Source: Azolla caroliniana | Taxonomy: Eukaryota; Plantae; Polypodiophyta | DNA: 64,000 nt | Reading direction: 5' to 3' | Assembly: GCA_043228905.1 (NCBI GenBank) | Contig: JBHGNT010000018.1 | Span: forward strand, 9,920,001-9,984,000 | Shown: piece after piece, positions 1 through 11,974 of the stretch | Layout of the letters: each line of letters opens with the position of its first letter | How positions within the stretch are numbered: position 1 is the first letter of the stretch | Program-made: the position numbers and the translations under genes | The notes under the pieces: generated by a model | The model's database searches: none | Seen by the model: only the letters and a program-made list of their open reading frames with translations | What the model was told of the DNA's origin: nothing

Positions 1-1226
1 GTGCCTCTGGTCCTGCTCTTGCCGGTCGCCTCCACAGCGTGCCAACCCACCACGTCCATGGGGCCGATCTCTCTTCGTATACAGCATCCGTTCATCCGAT
101 TGAGTGTTCCTTGACCCACTCGCGTGGTTTTCTTCGACCATCAGCATCGATTGCAAGTTGAAGAAAGACGGTGGTTTCTCCCAGGTGCAGATCGTTGTCC
201 GAATTGGCCCGTACATTTGCGCTAGACCACCGAGGCAGATTTGTACCATCTCGTCTTCGTCAACCGTCACATTGATGAACCCGAGTGCGTCGCAAATCTC
301 CTTTATCTTGGTGGTGTAATCCGTAACGGACATGTCTCTTTGCCGGATGTTGTTCAGCTCTTGCCGGAGCTGCAACTTACGGCTTGTGGTCCTCGCGGTG
401 AAAATCTTCCTCATATTTCCCCAGGCCTCCTTTGGCGTCTTTGCATCCTTGATGTTGCCAAATCATCTGATCATGCACACAGGACACGAGGCAGTACAAT
501 ACTCGGCTCGTTCCTTGCTCCCATACCGGGAAGTCCTTGTGTGACGGCTCTAGTGCTACTTCATTTGTTCCTTCCACGAAGCTCCAATATCCATGCGCCA
601 ATAGGTACTGGTGCATTTTATATGACCATGACACGTAGTTGCTCCGGTCGAGTTCTCCGTTGGAAGTGAACTCATCATTCCTCTGTCCATATCTTCTCTC
701 TATCTATTGTTACCGGGTTCTAGGGTTCGTCTACGAAAGCAAGTGTCGGTTGCAGAGGTTCTCAACCCTCATGCTCTGATACCATGCGAATGTAAACGTG
801 CAGAAGCGTTAGACAAAACCGGCACAACCGGATAGCAACAGAAAAAAAGAGGTTTAATGGAGAAGCTTAATACACAGAGAGACAAAGAGAGCAGAACGTA
901 AAATTTTATTCAAAAAATAACTCTACAACTCTATACATATAACATGCTAAACAACACTATTTATACAAGTCCATAAAGGACTAATAGAAGTACTGACAGG
1001 TACTTCAATATTCCTACATGCGACTGACACTAATTATGAGACAATGATTACCTAGAAGTCTCGGCTACTACTAGGCTTCCGGTTCCCGCTCGAATCCGGC
1101 TCTCCAATCCGTCTCCCCGATCCGGCCGGTTGTTTCCGGATGCCGATCCGGCTCATCCTACTAGATGTCGATCCGGCTCAAGCTTCTTTAGTTGATCTAG
1201 ATCCGGTTGAGCTTGATCACTCAACA
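1..1226 (-). mobile_element. Ty1/copia element A, 5' part (LTR 785-1226, PBS, decayed gag); continues off window
   Basis: TG..CA LTR; reverse-complement PBS TGGTATCAGAGCA (tRNA-iMet) at 772-784; gag ORF 377-634 'WSYKMHQYLLAHGYW' homologous to 6850-7527. Confidence 0.9.
785..1226 (-). repeat. 5' LTR of copia A
   Basis: Abuts PBS; ends ..TCAACA like the related LTRs 15233-15627 and 59692-60113. Confidence 0.85.
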
Positions 1227-4200
1227 GAATGTCATCTAGGAATGACATTATTATCTCTGGAATGCACTCTCATAGCACCTTGTTCATTACATTCATCATA
1301 TTTGCGACCGAGTTTGTCTCTCCTTCTGGTAGCGTGTACATCAAGACTAACCCTATCAGTGTTCACATTGTAGTGATATCTCAACTCTCCACGGCTAGTT
1401 GGATTTGGTCATACCCGGAGTATAGGTTTCCGATGGAATATATCGTGCGTTCGGCAAACACTTCCGCAAATTCATCCACTATCGGATTGACTCCGGAGTT
1501 CCGGATCGTGACCTTGTTCACCGGTTGTAAATCTTGAATGACTCGGAGTGACCCATTCTTCTTAGGAACCGTACACCATCGATTTGAGTACGGAGCGTTT
1601 GATGGCTCTAGAATCCCCATTACCACCTTTTCTTTGAGCAATTCAATGATTCTCGGAATATGTGCTCATGGCACCGGAATTGGCTTTAAGTTCCATGGCA
1701 CATGTTCAATCGTAAAGATCACCATCAGCTCCACTATCTTTGGATCAACACGCCTCTCTCTTTTGGTGTGAATGCGGATGTTTTTCCATGTTGCTCCAAC
1801 ATCTCATGGAATTGTTCCTCTTCATTCTTTAAGCGGAACCCACCTCCACCAATCCAAAGTTTCTTCCGGGTCTCATTCGTGAAGGCATGTCCGATATCCA
1901 CGGACTTCCGAACTGTCAGATCTCTCGAGACTTCTTTCCTCTTTTGTTCGGTATTGGCAGGTAGCGGTCCCATGGATAGTTTCACCTTCTTTCCTACGGT
2001 TTTATATTTTGTACATACCATTTCTTCTTCTTTGTGGATCCTATCCGACCCCATTTTCGCAATGATATCATACATCTCGACCGATTCCACTGGGACTACC
2101 CAGTCTACCTGACTATTCTCTTCCGCAAGCTCTTAAAGCCATTGAAACGTGCTCCCACAATCTCTTTGACTTCTTTTATGATTGATGCAGATCGTAACTC
2201 ATCTTGCACCATTCAGAATTCTTTCTTCATTACTCCGGTTACGGCCGTTTATGTAGATGCCCCATCCGGACCGATTCATACTTGTTTTGCTACGACAGTT
2301 TTGTTCCTGTGTGGGGTATTAGGGCTTCTCGAACTATCACTTCCCCACTCCGCAACAGTCCACTTTAAAAATCCATTTTTGATTGGGACAAGAGCTCTCT
2401 CTTGTTTCTTTTGTGATTCGATGTCATAGTTAGGAATTGGACGGCATTCTCTCCGCTTTGGCTCCGAATTCGTGCAAAAGCCGCTTCGCTATCGAGCACC
2501 TTTGTCTCCATCCATGAAGTCATGATAAAGGGTTGCCCAAGGATCACAGAATGTGAGACCTCATCTTGCACGAGGAAATTTTGGTCAATCTCCACATCTC
2601 CCATCTTCACTGTCACATCCAGACAAGCCGCAAATAGATCCTCCATGGCTAGTTTTTATAGGCAACTTCCCCTTCCAGTAGAACTCCTTGGACATCAAAT
2701 TAATCTTTGACCCGTGATCAATCAATGTTAGTACGAGCTCTTTGATGTTTCCGATTCAGACCAGAGTCTCCGTAGTTGCACGTGCCCAGTGCGGCCTTGT
2801 GTAGTGGGAGTTCATAATTTCATACTCCACTTCCATGTCGTTCATTAGAATGGTATTCCCATTCACCCGTGGAACATTTTCCTCCGTAGTTTGTGTCTTT
2901 CTTTTTACAAGATCCATAAGAAGATCGTGAAACTCCATCTTCGCTATTCCAAGTAATTTGCGGAGAGAAAATTCCACCCGACTATCAAGGATTCTCTCTT
3001 TGAACACCTTCTTTAGGTCCGTCCGTTGTTCGATGGCCGAAACGAGTTTGAATGCCGCAATTATTTTTCTTTTCCCCTTCCCTTCGGAGTTCCAGCTCTC
3101 CAATGTCTTTGATGGCCCGGTCGCATCATCCGTGTGCCATGGTTTTTCATCTACATACACCTCATGCAATTGAAATTTTATCTATGGGGCACTCCCATCC
3201 CGTAGCTTCCCTGATGATGCCCTCCGCGGTGCTCCGGATTTCATCAAAGTTGGCTTTCTCCAAGATTTCTAGCACTTCAAGCCAAAAAGATGCCTTTGCT
3301 CTAGATGACTCCCCCACACATATTCCTGCGGTTGTCACATAATTGCTTTTTGCTGCTATCTCCTCCTCTAGGACCTTCTTCATGTTGCCTTTTCGGAAGT
3401 TCAACTGGAGTGGCTTCCGAGAGTCCATTGAATGAATCTGATTTCCCTCATAGTAGATAAGATCTCGTCGTAGCGCATCCTTGTGCTCATCGCAATCCTT
3501 CTGATCATGTTCAATTGTATCGCACCATATGCACCGACGATCCATATACTTGGAACTTGTGGGACGGTCTTCTGACTTCTTCACTATTGCGATTTTCATA
3601 TTCTCCATCTCCTTCAGCAACTGCTCCATCATGGTTGCATCAATTCCCTTCTCGGTTGGAGTCTTCCGAGCCCATGCTTGATGGTCTTCCAATCCGGATC
3701 TTGGTTTCAAAATTGGTTTTGAAACCCATTTTTCTTCATTAGCAAGCCATTGCCCCCTTTTTGTGTATCGTGCGATAATGTCTCGCACGTTCCCCCATGT
3801 ATTGGTGAAGCCACTCTCAGTAGTCGTGTCCTCTAGAAGCACTCCAAGGTCTTTCCGGTCCTAGACATCCACGGCTCGTAAGAACATGATCAGTTTGTCC
3901 GGTGCGAGGATAGCTTGATCTCTCACGGACAACCTCCCGAATCGACTTTCGAATGCCGAAAACATATCGAGCACCTTCAACCCCTTGGCTGGCGTTTCCA
4001 CCCAATCTTCGAATCCCCTCTGCGTTGCCTTGGAAGAGTCCTCAATAGCGAACATGGTCTTTAGCACTTCTTCAAACGCTTCCCACGTCGGATTTTGTTG
4101 TCATATCCCGTTGATACTCCCTTGAAGCCCATCCGTAGCCACCCGATTGAAGGATGTCAGTTGCAATATTGCCGATATTCTGCACCATAGCATCTCTGCC

Positions 4201-4382
4201 TTGTCATCCCGCAAATAACACGACAGATCCTTCCCGTTGAATTGCCCATTCCATTGCACGAGCCGCTCTACTACCACCGCAATCTCCGACATCGCGTGTT
4301 GTTCTTGTAACATCCGCTCGAACATTGTCATCATATTTTTAGCCTCTTGTTGATTTTCCATCTCCTTGCCACCCGTTTTCAT
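1227..4382 (-). pseudogene. gypsy gag-pol, frameshifted and with stops
   Basis: ORF fragments 4101-4382, 3861-4067, 3162-3842, 2756-3169, 2365-2646, 1734-2090, 1381-1641. Confidence 0.85.
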
Positions 4383-4395
4383 GTCAGGTTCACCA
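4379..4395 (-). promoter_or_regulatory. PBS complementary to tRNA-Trp
   Basis: Minus strand TGGTGAACCTGACATGA vs plant tRNA-Trp 3'-end complement TGGTGAACCCGACGTGA (from memory); 4 nt from the LTR. Confidence 0.75.
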
Positions 4396-4399
4396 AATG

Positions 4400-5069
4400 T
4401 GTCATGCCTTTTGGCGTCGGATCGTTGCGTGAGTCGGGTGGGAACCGCTGGGGTTTTGGACTAGGAGATTGGATAATTCAAGGCAAATAAGAATGTGAAT
4501 AGGTTGTAAGTAAAAAATATAAAAACCTCGTGAATCCCACGGGTATAGTGTATTAATCAACACTTAGATGAGAATATGAATTTAGATGAAAAGAAAGAAA
4601 TAAAAAACTAGTGAATTCCACAAGTATAGTTTATTAATCCCCCTTTCTAGAAAATATTCAACAACCAAATACATCTTTCTCTCCTCCTTATATAGTGATG
4701 GAAGAGTCTAAGTTTACCACATGCAAGCATCATGCCTTTTCTAACTTTAGTTTTCATGCACACTACATGTGCATGATTAGCTTTCTATCACATCTTTTCA
4801 TTTAACTCGAGTGTGTATGCATCAATAACTTTTCCTATCATGCTTATCTAGAATATTTATGTGGGATAAAGTTTAGTATAACTTTAAAATTTATAATATG
4901 CTAGTACAATGGTAAGGCTTAAAATCGTTAACATGGAGGTATAGGGTTCAAATCTAGCTAGCCCTATGCATGTAACATAATTATTGTAGTATTTTCTCCT
5001 ATTTCTTTATACTTAGTTAATCAAGTACTCCACACATATTTTACGTAGTGTACAAAGTACACCACGACA
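4400..5069 (-). repeat. 5' LTR of the gypsy element
   Basis: TGTCATG..CACGACA inverted termini; copia sequence resumes at 5070; end resembles solo LTR 12742-13979. Confidence 0.8.
4900..4964 (+). promoter_or_regulatory. tRNA-like Pol III A/B-box segment inside LTR
   Basis: TAGTACAATGG (4902-4912) and GGTTCAAATC (4945-4954), 32 nt apart. Confidence 0.5.
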
Positions 5070-6333
5070 ATGCTGATTCGGACAAATTTGGATCCGGCAA
5101 GGCCGGACAGGGAAACCAGCAAAGCTCGCACTATGCAGAAGGATCAGAAGGATCCGGAACAGGGAAAACTGGAAAGGGGCCAACCTTTGTGATGAAGCAC
5201 AAGGCTAACTCGATGAAGAAGAATACTTTCAAATTGGAGGAAGTATGGTATGTTGATTCCTGGAGCGTCAAACCACATGACGAGCAACGAAGAGTGGTTC
5301 TCGTTTTAAGAGCAACCGGAACAACCGGGAATCATCGAAACTAGAAACAACAACCCTGACCCGATTGTGCATGTCGGAGAAGTCCCCTTAAGCCATGTTG
5401 GACAAAAGCAAAAGTGGATGAACGTACTTCACATTCCAATAATCACAAAGAACTTGGTGTCGATTGGACAATTCCTCGACCAAGGAATGCAGGTGCGGTT
5501 GACGCACCTTGGGTGCTTCATTGAGGAAGAAGGCCGGATAATTGCAAAAGGGTGTAGAGATGGGAGGATGTTCATCCTCGACACCAACAACGTCGGCACC
5601 ACCATGTTTGCCAAAGGATAGAAACTTGAATCAAACATCAATCTCTGGCACAAGCGAATAGGCCATGTCAACTACCGGAGGCTTTAACACCTGCAATCGA
5701 AACAAGTTGTTCTCAGCTTGCTGAAATTCAATGGTCAAAAGGCCTAAATATGTGAAGCTTGCCAACTCGGGAAGCAACATTGGCTTCTGTTCCCTACCGA
5801 ACGAAACCGGAGCCGTAAGAAGCTCGACTTAATCCATTTGGATGTATGGGGACCGACACAAAACGTTAGTCTTGGCAGGAGTCAGTATTTCGTCTCCTTC
5901 ATCGACGACTATAGCTAGCACACTTGGATATACCTCATTGAGAGGAAAAGTGAAGTCTTCGACTATTTCCGGAATCTACAAAGCCTAGTCGAGAGGGAAA
6001 TAGAAAGAAAGATCAAGTGCCTACGATCGGATGGCGGAAAAGAATACTTTTCCGACCAATTCAACAATTATCTACGGCAAAAAGGAATTCGGAGATAATT
6101 CAACTATTGATACACACCGGAACAAAATGGTGTGGCTGAGAGAAAGAACCGCTCGATTGTCGACGCGGCAAGGGCAATGCTGGAGGAGAAAAGCATGCCC
6201 AGGTTCTACTTGGTTGAGGCGGTCTGGATAGTTGTGTACATCCAAAACCGGATCAGAGATAAGGTGTCAGCACATGAGCTATATTTTGGGTGGAAGAAGA
6301 GTTTGAGAGACCTTCAGATATTAGGTAGCATAG
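5070..6333 (+). mobile_element. Ty1/copia fragment B1 (PR, GAG-pre-integrase, integrase)
   Basis: 'WYVDS', 'LWHKRIGH', 'NGVAERKNR' motifs; decayed. Confidence 0.9.
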
Positions 6334-6777
6334 TGTTGAGAGACAAGCTCAACATCGGCCGGATCGGCTGAAGAAGCCGAGGACCGGATCGGTTGGGACC
6401 GATCGGTTAGGCCGAATGCGTAAACCGGTACGCAGACCGGTGCGTAGGTAGGGACGGATCGGTGCGTAAACCGGGAGGCCGTTAGGAAAGATATTCCGTG
6501 AGGAATATATTTGGGAGTTAGTGTAGGAGCTCTTAATGAGCATTGAAGTACTGTCAGTACTTCTAAGGACTTGTATAAAAGTGTTCATCGAACACACATA
6601 TGTATTGAGTGTGGTGAATAGAGATTTAGTACTGCTGTTGAATATAGTTCTTGTTTTTCCTCTCTCACTCTCTCTGTTTCTCCCGCGTATACTGCGTAAG
6701 CTCAAGCTCTCCATTAAACCTGAGTTTTCTTCCTTCTGTTCCGTCTTCATACTCGCTTCCGCACGTTACTTTTCACA
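6334..6777 (+). repeat. 5' LTR of copia C
   Basis: Direct repeat of 11519-11974 (12-bp indel plus scattered substitutions). Confidence 0.95.
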
Positions 6778-6849
6778 TGGTATCAAAGTGCGAGGGTTGA
6801 GAACCTCTCTGCAGCCGACACAGCTTGACGAATAAGAACAAGAAGAACG

Positions 6850-9800
6850 ATGGATAGAGGCATGGCGAGCTCGCTTCCAACAGAGAAGCTCGACAGAACT
6901 AACTACGCGTCTTGGTCTTACAAGATGCACCAGTACTTGCTCCGGCACGGCTACTGGAGTTATGTCGAAGGAGCTAATGACGCAGCACCCGAATCGACAC
7001 ACAAAGACTTCCCGTCATGGGAGCAATCGGCGAGCAAGGTATTCTACTGCTTCGCGTCGTGTGTGGGCGAACAGCTATTGAGCTATGTTCGGGATGCAAA
7101 GACGCCGAAGGGTGCGTGGGAAAATCTGAAGAAGATTTTCTCCGCGAGCACCATAGCCAGGAAGCTTCAGCTCCGACAGGAGTTGAGCAACCTACGACAA
7201 CGCGACTTGTTGGTGGCGGACTATACCTCGAAAATCAAGGATATCTGCGACTCCCTCGCCTCCATAGAGGTGAACATCGAGGAGAGCGAGATGGTCCAGA
7301 TCTGTCTCGGAGGTTTGGCGTCGAAGTTCGGAGCGTTCCGAACGTCTGTGTGTACCCGAGAGAATACATCCTCCTTTTTCGACTTACAGTCAATGCTCCT
7401 GCTAGAGGAGAACCACGCAGGTGCGTCTACTAGCACGCACACCGACAGCAGAATGTTGTACACGGAGGAAGATAGGCCCCATGGACGTGGAGGACGAGGC
7501 GAATCGGCGCGCAATGGAGGTGGCTGATGAGATCAAGGAAGAAGGCACCGAAGTGATGCCAACAGCAACTCTGGACCCTCCGGAAACAGGGGGAGTCGAA
7601 GCGATGAGAACTGGCAAGGGAAGGCCATTGCGGACTGCTGTTACTGTGGCAAGAAAGGCCACAGGGAAAGTGAGTGCTGGAAGAAGCGCGCCGATTCGGA
7701 GAGAACCGGTTCCGGCAACGGCTCCAGACATACCGACAAGGGAAATCGACAGCGATCGCACTACGCCGAAGACTCCGGGAGAGCCGGAGAAGGGTCTGCC
7801 TTCGTGACGAGACACGAAGCAAACTCAATGAAACGGACCACCCCGAGATCGGACGAGGTGTGGTACGTAGACTCCGGCGTATCAAACCACATGACGAGCC
7901 ATAAGGAGTGGTTCTTGTACCTTGAAAAACCGATACAACCTGGAGTAGTCGCAACTGGAGACGACACTCCGCATCCGATCGCGAATGTCGGAGAAGTTTT
8001 CCTTAGCCATGTCGGGCAGAAAGGGAAACTCATGAACGTATTGCACGTTCCGACAATCACGAAGAACTTGGTCTCGGTCGGACAGATCAGCGACCAAGGG
8101 ATGGAGGTTCGGTTTACACACCTCGGGTGCTTCATTGAGGAAGAAGGCCGCGTGATTGCGCAAGGGCGCAGAGACGGGAGGATGTTCATCCTCGATTCCA
8201 CTGACGGCGGCACCGCAATGTTCGCGAAGGGACAAAAATCCGAGTCGGACATCGACTTGTGGCAAAAACGGATAGGCCACGTCAACTACCAGCGGCTACA
8301 AGACTTGCAATTGAAACAAGTGGTATTCGGATTGCCCAAATTGAGTGGCCGAAAGGCACAAATTTGTGGAGCCTGCTAGCTCGGGAAGCAACACCGACTT
8401 CCTTTCCCCAACAAGCGAAACCGGAGCCGGAACAAGCTCGACCTTATACACTCCGATGTATGGGGGCCGGCACAAAACGTTAGTCTTGGCGGGAGCCGAT
8501 ATTTCATCTCCTTCATCGACGACCACACGCGGCACACGTGGATCTACCTCATTGAGAGGAAGAACGAAGTCTTCGACTGTTTCTGGGACCTCAAAGGGTT
8601 CGTGGAAACGGAAACGGGACGAAAGATCAAGTGCCTCCGGTCGGATGGTGGGAAAGAGTACTTTTCTGGTCAATTCAACGGTTATCTACAACAAATGGGA
8701 ATTCGGCGCGAATTCAGTTGTAGATACACGCAGGAGCAGAACGGCATGGCCGAGAGGAAGAATCGGTCAATTGTGGAAGTAGCACGGGCAATGCTGGAGG
8801 AGAAGAGCTTGCCCAAGTTCTACTGGGCCGAGGCGGTAAGGACTGCGGTATACATCCAGAACCGGATCGGAGACAAAGTGTTGACGCACGAGCTATATTT
8901 CGGAACGAAGCCGAACTTGCGACACTTGAGGGTGTTCGGTAGCATTGCGTATGTGCATGTACCGAAGGAGAAAAGGAGGAAGCTGGACGCAAAGGCCGAG
9001 AAATGCATCTTGGTTGGTTACTCGGACGAGCAAAAGGGTTGTAAGTGTTATAACCCTCGCACCAAACAAGCGCGTGTTAGCCGCGACGTTGTGGTTGATG
9101 AGTCTGTGTCCTGGTACCAGCCCCCGACTCCGAACCCCGACTCCAATCCGAGTTCTGACGATGAGGTCAGCGAGGCCGAGATGCCTCCGGATGAGCCGGA
9201 ATTCGAGACCCGCGAAGAGAGTCCGATTTCACTCCGTTTAACTGGACCGATTGGACGACTGAGTCGGTACGATTAGTCCGATGAAGAGCCGGCGAGTAGT
9301 GGAGACTCGGCCATGCATTCCCCGCGAAGGAAGCCGAGGAGACGGCTTACGCACAAAGAGAAAGGGAAGAAGAAGGTGTTGGATTCTGGCACGGATAGGA
9401 ACGACTCAGACCGACGCGAGTCCGACTCCGAGGGAACCGGTGACGGGTCTTTAAAGGTGAAGTCCGCGTCGACCGAGAAGGCCTCGACATCGGCTAATGT
9501 GAGATTACGCTGATCTACCCGCCAAAAGAATCTTGTTTTGCGGTTCGGATACAACGAGTACATGGCGCATCACTATGCGTACATGACCCGTATAGCGGAA
9601 GTGCATGAGCCGGAGAGCTACGCAGAAGCGGCGAAGGACGCGAATTGGCGCACTGCGATGGAGGAAGAGATGCACGCATTGCCGGAATCTGGTTGACGCA
9701 CCAAAGGGTGTGAAGCCGATCGGATGTAGGTGGGTGTACAAGGTCAAGTACAACACCGACGGCTCGGTCAACCGATACAAGGCCCGGTTAGTGGCAAAAG

Positions 9801-11524
9801 GTTACGCGCAGAAACACAGCATCGACTACGATGAGACGTTTGCGCCGGTCGCGAAAATGACGACCGTCTGTGTTTTGCTCGTAGTAGCTGCGGTGAACGG
9901 GTGGCACTTACATCAGATGGATGTAAAGAATGCGTTCCTGCAAGGTGACCTTGAGGAACGGGTGTATATGGTACAGCCCCCCGGATTTCACTCTGGAACG
10001 AACTCCTCGGCAGTATGCCGACTGTAGAAGTCCCTTTACGGACTGAAGCAAGCCCCGCGTGCCTGGAACGCGAAGATCATGCAACAATTGCGTCGAATGG
10101 GCTTCGTCACGTCAAAATCGAACTTTTCCCTATTCATCCGGAAAGGTCAACTCGGACCGGTTAGTATTTTACTATATGTTGATGACTTGGTCATCACCGG
10201 TGCCGACCTAGGTGAAATCGACCGCGTGAAGCTCCAGCTTGCGGCATCGTTCGACATGAAGGATCAGGGGGACCTTCATTACTTCCTCGGGATCGAAGTG
10301 ATCCGTACCCCCGAAGGCATATTGATCAGCCAACGTCATTACGTGCTGTGTATGCTCTTCAAATTCAGGATGACTGACTGTAAGTCCGTCTCGACTCCTC
10401 TGGACAGGACCTTTAAGCTTCGTCCCGATACGGGAAAGGTATGCGACCCGACGAGGTTCCGACAAATTGTCGGAAGCCTCATATACTTGAACATCACCCG
10501 ACCCGACCTCAGTTATCCGGTCGGAGTGATCAGTCAATTCATGGCGCGACCTACCGAGGAGCACCTCCAGTGTGCGCAACGCATACTTCGGTATGTCAAC
10601 GGCACTAAGGACCGGGGACTGCTATATCGGACCGGTGCAGCCGTGCAATTAGTCGGCTACACCGATGCTGATTGGGTTGGCAATGCCGTCGATCGCCGAT
10701 CCACATTCGGATACGCGTTCTCCCTCGGGAGTGCCGGGATCGCGTGGAGCAGTAAGAAGCAGCCGACAGTTGCACTGTCGAGCACCGAAGCTGAGTACTG
10801 AGGGGCGGCTGTGGCGACATGCGAAGCCATATGGTTGAAGCGGCTACTTAGAGACCTGCAAGAGGAGGTGTCAGATTCGACGACGATCTACTGCGACAAC
10901 CTCAGCAGCATCCAGCTCGTGAAAAAATCCATTTTCCACGCACGAACCAAGCACATTGAGGTGCACTACCATTTCGTCCGTGAGTGTGTCCTTTCCGATG
11001 AAGTCAAACTTCATTACGTTCCGACGGATCGGCAGACTGCTGACATCTTCACCAAGCCTCTTGGTCTGGACAAGTTGCGGCAATTCTCAGGTGCGCTCGG
11101 GCTGCGTCACCTCGACATGCCAAACTTGAGGGGGAGAACAGTCCCGAACGACCAAGCAAGGCAGCAGGAAAGGAGTGGAGACCGCGACACCGAGTCGGTT
11201 GACTCAGTTGTTGAGTTCGACTTCGGATCGGCTGAAGAAGCCGAAAACCGATCGAAGGTAGCCGAGTCAGTTCGGATGTTTGATTCAGATACGCTAAATC
11301 AACCGAGGCCCAAGCGGAAGAAAAGGCTGCAGAAGAAGCGTCAACACCGCAATAGCAGAAGAGCCGATAAGGGCCACATGAGCAGACAAGCCGACCGGAA
11401 GGGTCGAAGCGCGCGGAGTCGAACAGGTCGAGGAGCGCGAGCGAGGCGTGAAGCTAGAAGGAACCGGAGCTGTGAGCCCAAAGATCCCGAAGAGCCTCAA
11501 ATTGAGCTTGAGGGGGACTGTTGA
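6850..11524 (+). pseudogene. copia gag-pol polyprotein with several stops/frameshift
   Basis: ORFs 6850-7527 gag, 7804-8379 PR, 8602-9276 INT, 9605-10801 RT (LYVDD), 10811-11524 RNase H (ADIFTK) plus low-complexity extension. Confidence 0.92.
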
Positions 11525-11974
11525 GAGACAAGCTCAACATCGGCCGGATCGGCTGAAGAAGACGAGGACCGGATCGGTTGGGACCGATCGGTTAGGCCAA
11601 ATGCGTAAACCGGTACGTAGATCGGTGCGTAGGTAGGGACAGATCGGTCCGTAAACCGGGAGGCCATTAGGAAAGATATTCCATGAGGAATATATTTGGG
11701 AGTTAGTGTAGGAGCTCTTAATGAACATTGAAATACTGTCAGTAGTTTTGTCAGTCCTTCTAAGGACTTGTATAAAAGTGTTCATTGAACACACATATGT
11801 ATTGAGTGTGGTGAATAGAGATTTAGTACTGATGTTGAATATAGTTCTTGTTTTTCCTCTCTCACTCTCTTTGTCTCTCCCGCGTATACTGCGTAAGCTC
11901 AAGCTCTCCATTAAACCTGAGTTTTCTTCCTTCTGTTCCGTCTTCATACTTGCTTCTGCATGTTACTTTTCACA
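11519..11974 (+). repeat. 3' LTR of copia C
   Basis: Direct repeat of 6334-6777, preceded by PPT. Confidence 0.95.

Larger units (their letters stand above)
1227..5069 (-). mobile_element. Ty3/gypsy element (gag-PR-RT), interrupted by copia A
   Basis: gag with CX2CX4HX4C (CIWCDTIEHDQKDC), protease LIDHGS (~2705-2725), RT 'VPKKNGSLR..DLQPVN..LYSGYDQ' and FLDD at ~1231-1242; gypsy domain order. Confidence 0.9.
6334..11974 (+). mobile_element. Full-length Ty1/copia element C
   Basis: LTRs 6334-6777 and 11519-11974, PBS TGGTATCAAAG at 6778, PPT GAGGGGGA at ~11510, gag-PR-INT-RT-RH order; flanks CATAG/ATCCG do not match. Confidence 0.95.

Noticed and set aside
6349-6835. ORFs in LTRs (also 11534-12020, 38057-38319, 42816-43072)
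   Set aside because: Duplicated only because they lie in LTRs; no coding signature
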